Origin: an uncultured bacterium
Lineage (GTDB): Bacteria; SAR324; NAC60-12
Direction of reading: 5' to 3'
DNA length: 38,961 bases
Assembly: GCA_964010765.1 (NCBI GenBank)
Contig: CAXGMD010000025.1
Span: 1 to 38,961 of the forward strand
Shown in pieces: positions 8,828 to 15,780 of this stretch; within the stretch, counting starts at the first letter, position 1, and every line of letters starts with the position of its first letter. The notes under the pieces were generated by a model. The model worked only from the letters and a program-made list of their open reading frames with translations, was not told the DNA's origin and did not search any database. The position numbers were made by a program, and so were the translations under genes.

Positions 8828-10951
8828 TTAGCGCTTGTAGGTAGGAATAACCCCAGGCATCAACTCAGAGATTTGTTGATCTTTTGGAACCCAGAGCCGC
8901 TCACGAACCAATGAGTCTTCCGCCCACTCAAACATGAAGACAGGTACACCAGGATGAGCGTTCTTTACTCGCTTATTGACTAGCAATGCAGCAGGTGCCT
9001 GAACTAGACCAACAGTGTAGACATTGTCTGTCCAGAGTTGTTGAATCTTGCGAGCATTAGCTGAGATCTCTCCTGCGTCCCATGACTGCTGGATAGCATT
9101 TACAGCGATGGCCATCTCTTTCTCAAAAGACATGAGATCCCTCGAACCGTCGGCGCTGGATGGGTGAGTCAGAGGACAACCTGTAGAAATTGGGAGAAAT
9201 CTACATGTTTCACGTGTTGGCACTACCCAATGGTTTCTCCGCTCAACCATATTGAAATTTCCTGACTGCATAATTGCATCAAGATCATCATATGGTTTTG
9301 GAATGATGCGAATGCCCACGTCACCGAGCATTGATGCGACCGCATCAACTTGTTTCTTGTCTGTGGCCTCACCATTGTCATAAGACAGATCAATTTCGAT
9401 GTTACTACCAGTTTTTGGCAGGTTGCGAACACCATCTCCATCCGTGTCTTTGATGCCGAGGCTATCAAGAATTTGCATGGAACCAGCCTTGTTGTAGCCC
9501 CTGAAGTTGATGCTATCAACATCATACCAGGGGGAACCAGAGGTGAATGCACCAGCCCAAGGATGAGTGAATGGACCACGAGCGATAGACTGTCCAACTG
9601 CATTCCGGTCAATCGCATGGCTAATCGCTTCGCGGAACTTCAGATTTCGGAACAATCCCCGTAGCTCCCTATCCACATCGTTCTGAACACCAACATCCAT
9701 TGAATAGTTGAACTCCAGGTTCCAGCCGAGTACGCGAGGGCCAAATTGAGCCTTGGTTGGAGCATCAGCACTTTGTGACTGCTTTAACGCCTCAACATAG
9801 TTGCCTGGATTTTCCATGTTTGAGAAGTCACCTGATCCTGCAACCGCTTGTTTGGTTCTATCTGACCAAGTCGATAGTTTAAAATGCATCTCATTCATGT
9901 AGGGTAGCTGATTACCCTTCTCATCTACTTTCCAGTAGTACGGATTACGACGCATGATCACGATTTGATCCGGAGCATGCACAACTGCCACAAACATTCC
10001 TAATGAAACTACATTCTTCAGATCATCAGCTGGTTGGGCATTGGTGTAATCTTCATAGGTTTTTTGGGGATTGTAGCGCGGATGGTGATCTTTCAGGATG
10101 TGTGAGGGTCCAGGGCATCCCTGAATATAAGCCAACGCACTAACCCGGGCTGGACCCTGAGGCTCTTGGAAGTCAAAACGAATTGTGTAGGGGTCTACTA
10201 CACTCATGGTAGTGCCCACTCCCATGCCATCTTTTGGCATCCTGGAGGTGACTTTTTCATCCTGTACGTTGTCTTCCCACCAGAAGCGAAGATCTTCCGC
10301 ATCGAAGGCATCTCCATCCGACCACTTGACGCCCTCAACAAGGTTCATGGTCAGAGAGGTCTTGTCTTCATTCCAACTCCAGCTTTTTGCTAGATTAGGT
10401 AGAGGTCCATTCTGCTCTTCTGGCTTGACCTGCCAAAGTGGTCCTTGGCGGACAAGGCACTCTTGCAAAGTAATGTTGATGCCACCCCAGCCCTGATGCT
10501 GACCAGCTAGCCAATTCCAGCCTTCTGGGCGACCACCAATTACATGCCGGAAAACACCACCGTACTCACCGGTTCCATCAATCATTGCACCGGTTTTCAT
10601 AACAAGTGGTTCCTTGGGAAGCCTGTCTTTCACAGGAGGTAGTTGGCCACTTTTTACCATCTCAGTGAGAAATGGCGCTTCACTGTAGCTTGGGAGAGCC
10701 TTGTACTCCCACAAGTCACTTTGACCTACGAGATCCCACTTAAGAGTAGCCATGCTCTTCTCAGCTGGAATACGATCAGCCAAGGCTGTTGCAGCACCTG
10801 CTACTGAGAGTCCAAGAGCGGTGGTGAGAGCAATTTTTTTGGCATGATTACCAATTTTGTCCAAAACGCGGAATGGCGCTGACTTTTTTTCAGCAGAATC
10901 GCAAAGAGAAAGAATTTTCTCCTCGTTAATCTCGAACTCAGGATAAGTCAT
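8828..10951 (-). CDS. agpA: Alpha-galactoside-binding periplasmic protein, family 5 (AgpA/MelB-like)
   Basis: Motifs recognised from rhizobial AgpA: LPPVKDRLPKEPLV, RHVIGGRPEGWN, CPGPSHILK, RRNPYYWKVDEKGNQLPY, KLSTWSDR, QAVAGSGDFSN, FMFEWAED..RERLWV. Strong RBS CGGAGG; adjacent to a rhizobial-type melA. Confidence 0.85.
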   Translation of the reverse strand: MTYPEFEINEEKILSLCDSAEKKSAPFRVLDKIGNHAKKIALTTALGLSVAGAATALADRIPAEKSMATLKWDLVGQSDLWEYKALPSYSEAPFLTEMVKSGQLPPVKDRLPKEPLVMKTGAMIDGTGEYGGVFRHVIGGRPEGWNWLAGQHQGWGGINITLQECLVRQGPLWQVKPEEQNGPLPNLAKSWSWNEDKTSLTMNLVEGVKWSDGDAFDAEDLRFWWEDNVQDEKVTSRMPKDGMGVGTTMSVVDPYTIRFDFQEPQGPARVSALAYIQGCPGPSHILKDHHPRYNPQKTYEDYTNAQPADDLKNVVSLGMFVAVVHAPDQIVIMRRNPYYWKVDEKGNQLPYMNEMHFKLSTWSDRTKQAVAGSGDFSNMENPGNYVEALKQSQSADAPTKAQFGPRVLGWNLEFNYSMDVGVQNDVDRELRGLFRNLKFREAISHAIDRNAVGQSIARGPFTHPWAGAFTSGSPWYDVDSINFRGYNKAGSMQILDSLGIKDTDGDGVRNLPKTGSNIEIDLSYDNGEATDKKQVDAVASMLGDVGIRIIPKPYDDLDAIMQSGNFNMVERRNHWVVPTRETCRFLPISTGCPLTHPSSADGSRDLMSFEKEMAIAVNAIQQSWDAGEISANARKIQQLWTDNVYTVGLVQAPAALLVNKRVKNAHPGVPVFMFEWAEDSLVRERLWVPKDQQISELMPGVIPTYKR

Positions 10952-11030
10952 AACTTTCCTCCGTATTTACGGTGAGAAGGACCCCATTGGGGTTCAGAAT
11001 ACTTGACAGCTTCCTGCCAAGCGGGATTCA

Positions 11031-11050
11031 GCAGTCGCACCGGCGGCTGC
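11031..11050. other. Inverted repeat immediately after the GH4 gene stop
   Basis: GCAGTCGC-ACCG-GCGGCTGC, 8-bp imperfect stem. Confidence 0.4.
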
Positions 11051-12529
11051 TTAGGGCTGAAATGCGTCGTCCTCGACCATCAGGCTGGCGTGGACATCCT
11101 CTTTCAGTTCAGCAACATTACGAACCTTTTTGCGGGCTGCTCCCGTCCAAGTTCGGGTTTTGATAGTGTTTTTTGAAAGTCGTTGTCGGGCCGGTTCAAT
11201 CGCCTCTTCGTATTGAGGCAGCCATTGGGCTTGAGCGATCAACATTTCATCAACCATAGCCCATACCTCTTCTGGTGAACAAACCGCCCCAACCAGGGGA
11301 TCGTGCAGCACAGCCAGCTTGAGTAAATCCACATCTCCGTTCATTGCAGCTTCAACTGACATTCGCTGGACATCAATCGAAGTTCTGCAGGCAGAGGCGC
11401 AACCCATCGGTAATTCAATCCCTGAAGCCATGTGCATACCGAAGAGGTCGACGAAGCCGGTCGATTCAATGATGCAATCATCCGGTAGATTTTTGATCAC
11501 GCCATTGTTTTTGGTATTGAAGTGCCCTCTGTAAACTCTGCCAGTTTCTTGAGCCTCAATGATATAGCTACAGTGTTCCGTTGAGCGCTCGTATTGTTCC
11601 AAGGGCAACCCTGCTTGGTTCAACCATCTTGGAAAATCATCTTCAAACCAGTTTCGACGTTCTGTACAAACTCGTAAGTAACCTCCAGTTTCGCCATGAA
11701 TCCAGTCTGATAAGTCAATCCATGAATTGATTTCTTCAGGTCGTTTTCGATACCAGGGAAGATATTCGCTAAGATGTCCATTGCTTTCCGTCGAAAACAC
11801 TCCGAATCGCTCGAGCACATCAATTCTGACTTTTTCTTGGTTTGAGTACTTTGGATGTTTTCGGAATGCCTCGACTAGCTCTGCCTTCTCAATACTGCGA
11901 CCACGAAGTTTGAGTTGGATATACCAAGTCATGTGGTTGATCCCGCTGCAGACATATTCCAAGTCTTTGGGATCCTCTGCTCCAAGTACTTCAGCGATGA
12001 GTTTTGCGCCTCCTTGCACTCCATGACAGAGTCCAATCGTGTTGACCTTCCCATAATCTAAGGCCGCCCAAGTGTTCATCGCCATTGGGTTGGCGTAATT
12101 TAGGAAGAGAGCATCGGTCTCAGCATAGCTGCGAATGTCCTCACAAAAATCAAGAATTGCAGGGATGCTTCGCTGTCCGTAAAGGATTCCACCGGCACAA
12201 ACTGTATCTCCGACGCACTGATCCACTCCGTATTTCAACGGGATTTCAATATCATGTCGGAAGGCTTCCAAGCCTCCGATTCTAGAGCAGTTGATGACAT
12301 ATTTTGCACCAGCTAGTGCCTCTGCTCGATCTGTAGTAGACAAGACTTTTGCTGGTAATCCATTTGCGGAGATATCTTTTTCAAGCAGTTGTTTCACCAT
12401 CTCAAGATTATCTTGTGAGATATCTTGGAGGGAAAATTCCGTCTCGTGTAGTTCTGGAACAGTGAGAATGTCCCGAACTAATTTCTGTGTGAAGCCGACG
12501 CTGCCTGCACCAATAAAAGCGATTCGCAT
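11051..12529 (-). CDS. melA: GH4 alpha-glycosidase, rhizobial MelA type (CHGV motif)
   Basis: IGAGSVGFT, DQCVGDTVCAGG, NYANPMAMNTWAA, GLCHGVQ, STESNGHLSEYLPWYRKR, LAVLHDPLVGAV. Same melA-agpA order as in Sinorhizobium. Confidence 0.85.
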   Translation of the reverse strand: MRIAFIGAGSVGFTQKLVRDILTVPELHETEFSLQDISQDNLEMVKQLLEKDISANGLPAKVLSTTDRAEALAGAKYVINCSRIGGLEAFRHDIEIPLKYGVDQCVGDTVCAGGILYGQRSIPAILDFCEDIRSYAETDALFLNYANPMAMNTWAALDYGKVNTIGLCHGVQGGAKLIAEVLGAEDPKDLEYVCSGINHMTWYIQLKLRGRSIEKAELVEAFRKHPKYSNQEKVRIDVLERFGVFSTESNGHLSEYLPWYRKRPEEINSWIDLSDWIHGETGGYLRVCTERRNWFEDDFPRWLNQAGLPLEQYERSTEHCSYIIEAQETGRVYRGHFNTKNNGVIKNLPDDCIIESTGFVDLFGMHMASGIELPMGCASACRTSIDVQRMSVEAAMNGDVDLLKLAVLHDPLVGAVCSPEEVWAMVDEMLIAQAQWLPQYEEAIEPARQRLSKNTIKTRTWTGAARKKVRNVAELKEDVHASLMVEDDAFQP

Positions 12530-12552
12530 GTGCTACTTTTTCAGTTGATTGT

Positions 12553-13467
12553 TTAAACCTTGGGGTCCGTTAAATCTCGGTTCATTTTGCGCCAGTGGTA
12601 CTTGCGGCTACCATTGTAAAAGGGTTTTTCCTCAGCGGAAAGGGTTCCTAAGAATTCAGGATTTGGCTCGTAATCAAACCAAGGCTGAAAGAAATCCGGA
12701 GTGTATCCACCAAGAATCAGCAAGCGATCTTTCCCCGATCGATTGATTCCACCCGCGTGAATCGTTGATTCGAAAAAAAGTAAGGTGGAGCCTGCCGGCG
12801 CAACAACTTGATGTCGCAACTCAGGTCTTTCCCTGACAGCATCAATCAACAAGCTCTCCGAAATATCAACCATTTTGTGACTGCCAGCGATCACGGTTGT
12901 TCCTCCGTCATCTGGCCCCAGGTCAGTGAGGTTTGTTAGGCATTTTACAAACGGGCAGTGGAACAAACCTTTGCTGCGATAACTGAAAGCTGGGTCGAAT
13001 CCTCGATGCCATCCATAGTTTTCTGAGACCGGTTGATTCAGGTCTCGCCTGCGAATGTGGGCATCGGACTGCTCTAGTCGCACACTGCCACCCACTGCAT
13101 CTTCAGCAAGTCCTACGATCTTTGGGTTCGTAACATATTCGCGGAAACATGATGCAAGATGAGGGAGATTGTCAATCCGGAAGAAATCCCAAGTGGTTGA
13201 GGTAAAGAACATATGAGACTTGGGAGGTACTTTGTCCCGTTGATAATCCTGTTCAAACTGTAGAATTGTCTCCACCAATAAATCAACCTCGGCCTTTGCG
13301 AGTACCTTCTCTAAAACAACATAACCGTAGATATCCAGATGTATCCGTTCAGCAGGAGTTAATGAAAAAGTTTTGTTCGCAGAGGTCGGTGAGATAGCAG
13401 GAGTCAGATTTGGCAAATGTCCACCTTCAGGCGAACGACCAACATCTTTGGTGGGTATTTCAGGCAT
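12553..13467 (-). CDS. PhyH-family Fe(II)/2-oxoglutarate enzyme with HxG motif (putative radical halogenase-type site)
   Basis: GYVVLEKVL, LTDLGPDDGGTTVIAGSHK, H154-R-G156, distal H237 and R248. Confidence 0.85.
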   Translation of the reverse strand: MPEIPTKDVGRSPEGGHLPNLTPAISPTSANKTFSLTPAERIHLDIYGYVVLEKVLAKAEVDLLVETILQFEQDYQRDKVPPKSHMFFTSTTWDFFRIDNLPHLASCFREYVTNPKIVGLAEDAVGGSVRLEQSDAHIRRRDLNQPVSENYGWHRGFDPAFSYRSKGLFHCPFVKCLTNLTDLGPDDGGTTVIAGSHKMVDISESLLIDAVRERPELRHQVVAPAGSTLLFFESTIHAGGINRSGKDRLLILGGYTPDFFQPWFDYEPNPEFLGTLSAEEKPFYNGSRKYHWRKMNRDLTDPKV

Positions 13468-14323
13468 GAGTCTTTTCAGGCTGATTTATTTCAGAATCCC
13501 ACATTGTATAGGGAGCGACTATCTGCCTGCGTTCTGGCGTGAGTCGTTTCAATAGTTCCTTTGAGGGTCGGTACTGGTGTCGGAAATTTCCCCAGGAAGG
13601 TCCATATCGATAAACAGCAATTCGTCGAATACCACTGTTACTGCGCTTGGCTGAACCATGACAGATTCCATCCACAAAAACTAGCACATCTCCGGCTGCC
13701 ATCTGGATCTCCATAGCTCCTTCGATCAAATCACCGAAACCTTCGCTACGCATTGCCACTTTCTTTAAGTCTGGATGCTCAAAATTGGACTTGTGGCTGC
13801 CAGGAACAAGGACAGTTCCACCATCACCTGGACCTATGTTTGTCAGGGCAATCAGAGCGTTCACTTGACCACACATGAAGCGCCCCCCATGGAAGCGATA
13901 TTGATTTCTGAGGATTGAAGGATAGCCACCTGAGTGCATCCCGATTGCTTTGCCAATACCCCGCAAATTTACAAAATTCTCATCAATGAATAGTGGTCCA
14001 TGCGCATGATCGAATGTTCCCTGCCCCCCTACAAATAACTTCATGTGTTCAATCCAAGCAGGATGATCTATCAGCCTCTCAAAGGGTTCACCAGCCTCAT
14101 AGATTTGCTGCAGATTCAGACCTGATTGTCCATCATCTTTGTAGTCGTGGAAATGTACATTTCCGTATAGCGTTCCAGGTTCTTGTTCAGGAATTGAGTC
14201 AATGCATTGATTCAGCGCCTTCACTTCTTCAGTGCTCAATGCATTTCTCAGAACGATATACCCGTTAAGGTCAAAGAAATAAACGTCGCGAGGAGAAATT
14301 GGGCCGTAATCGAATCCTTTCAT
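13460..14323 (-). CDS. PhyH-family Fe(II)/2-oxoglutarate enzyme with HxG motif (putative radical halogenase-type site)
   Basis: FDLNGYIVLRNALS, LTNIGPGDGGTVLVPGSHK, H130-S-G132, distal H222 and R233; 8-nt overlap with the next gene. Confidence 0.85.
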   Translation of the reverse strand: MKGFDYGPISPRDVYFFDLNGYIVLRNALSTEEVKALNQCIDSIPEQEPGTLYGNVHFHDYKDDGQSGLNLQQIYEAGEPFERLIDHPAWIEHMKLFVGGQGTFDHAHGPLFIDENFVNLRGIGKAIGMHSGGYPSILRNQYRFHGGRFMCGQVNALIALTNIGPGDGGTVLVPGSHKSNFEHPDLKKVAMRSEGFGDLIEGAMEIQMAAGDVLVFVDGICHGSAKRSNSGIRRIAVYRYGPSWGNFRHQYRPSKELLKRLTPERRQIVAPYTMWDSEINQPEKTHA

Positions 14324-14336
14324 AATACCTTTGGCT

Positions 14337-15650
14337 TCAATTCAAAGGAGGAATCATGTCTCCATGAGCCTCCAGTAGGTCATCCACAAGATTCCAGATT
14401 TCATCAAGTGAGAGTTCTGCAGCCGTGTGTGGGTCCAGCATGGCGGCTTGATAAACGTAGTCCTTTTTCCCTGTCAAGGCAGCTTCTACTGTCAATTGCT
14501 GAACGTTGACATTGGTCATCATCACTGCTGCTAGTTGCGGTGGCAATTCTCCTACATTGATCGGCTGGATACCGTTCTTGTCGATGTAGCAAGGCACTTC
14601 GACGGAGAGATTCTGGGGGAGGTTGCTGATCAGTCCTTGATTAGCCACATTCCCATTGATCACAGTCGATTCACCGTTTTCCAGCGCATTGATGATGGCG
14701 GCAGCGTATTCATGACTCTGACAAACCTCCATTACTGCCGAATCATCTTCCATTTCCAGTCTTGTTTTTTCCCAACCAGCAATTTGATTTTCGCAGCGTC
14801 GGATATATTCATCCAGAGGTACATTGAAGCGTTCGATCAAGTCTGGGCGATCTCGCTTAATAAACCAGGGGGTGTATTCGGCAAAGTGTTCACTGGATTC
14901 AGTGACAAAGTACCCTAAGCGACGCAACATCTCATAACGAACTCTGTTTCCATCTGGCATGCGTCCTTGCGCTTCAATTTCCCTCAGACGTGGGTAGAGA
15001 TCTTCGACTCCGCTTGCGGTTTTCTTCTCGAAACGAAGATAGAAGGACATATGATTGATGCCTGCACAGAAATAGTTGATGTCCTTGATGTTTTCTCCCA
15101 AGTCTTTGGCCAGTTCTTCCGCGGTTCCCTGCACACTATGACACAGTCCAACCATTGTTAATTCGGGGGTGAGGCGATTGATTGCCATGCAGAGCATCAC
15201 CATGGGGTTGACATAATTTAGCATGGTGGCAGCCGGAGAAACTTCTTCCATGTCCTCCAGAATTCCTTTGATCACCGGAATGGTCCGAAGCGCACGCATG
15301 ATCCCCCCTACACCTAGTGTGTCGGCGATGGTTTGGCGAAGTCCATATTTCTTGGGAATCTCGAAGTCAATCACTGTGCTTGGTTGATATCCTCCTACCT
15401 GCATCATCAGAATGACATAATCCGCATCACGCAGCGCTTTCCGGCGATCTGTCGTCGCAGTTACCCGATTATTCAGACCCAAGGTGCGAGCCATTCTTTG
15501 AGTAACGATCTCAGAAGTCTTCAGACGACTCAGATCGATATCGTGTAAAGCGATTTCTGAGTCTTTTAGTCCAGGAGTGAGCAGGACATCTCCCACAAGT
15601 CGGCGCGCAAAAACAGTACTGCCAGCACCGATTAGACAAATCTTGGCCAT
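14337..15650 (-). CDS. melA: GH4 alpha-galactosidase (E. coli MelA-like)
   Basis: KICLIGAGSTVF, QTIADTLGVGG, NYVNPM, GLCHSVQGT, GINHM, TESSEHFAEYTPWFIK, DPHTAAEL. Confidence 0.88.
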   Translation of the reverse strand: MAKICLIGAGSTVFARRLVGDVLLTPGLKDSEIALHDIDLSRLKTSEIVTQRMARTLGLNNRVTATTDRRKALRDADYVILMMQVGGYQPSTVIDFEIPKKYGLRQTIADTLGVGGIMRALRTIPVIKGILEDMEEVSPAATMLNYVNPMVMLCMAINRLTPELTMVGLCHSVQGTAEELAKDLGENIKDINYFCAGINHMSFYLRFEKKTASGVEDLYPRLREIEAQGRMPDGNRVRYEMLRRLGYFVTESSEHFAEYTPWFIKRDRPDLIERFNVPLDEYIRRCENQIAGWEKTRLEMEDDSAVMEVCQSHEYAAAIINALENGESTVINGNVANQGLISNLPQNLSVEVPCYIDKNGIQPINVGELPPQLAAVMMTNVNVQQLTVEAALTGKKDYVYQAAMLDPHTAAELSLDEIWNLVDDLLEAHGDMIPPLN

Positions 15651-15674
15651 TCTGAACCCAAAATTGAGTGTTTT

Positions 15675-15688
15675 TCGTAACGTTACGA
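15675..15688. promoter_or_regulatory. Perfect 14-bp palindrome, LacI-family-like operator
   Basis: TCGTAACGTTACGA is its own reverse complement with a central AACGTT, 24 nt upstream of the first gene of the cluster. TTGACA on the minus strand at 15733-15728. Confidence 0.7.
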
Positions 15689-15780
15689 TTATTAAAAAAA
15701 CCAGTTGCTACTTTGATGGAATTATCCTGTCAACCTTTTTGTTGAACGGATATGACAGCCCTTGAGTTTCAAAAATTCAA

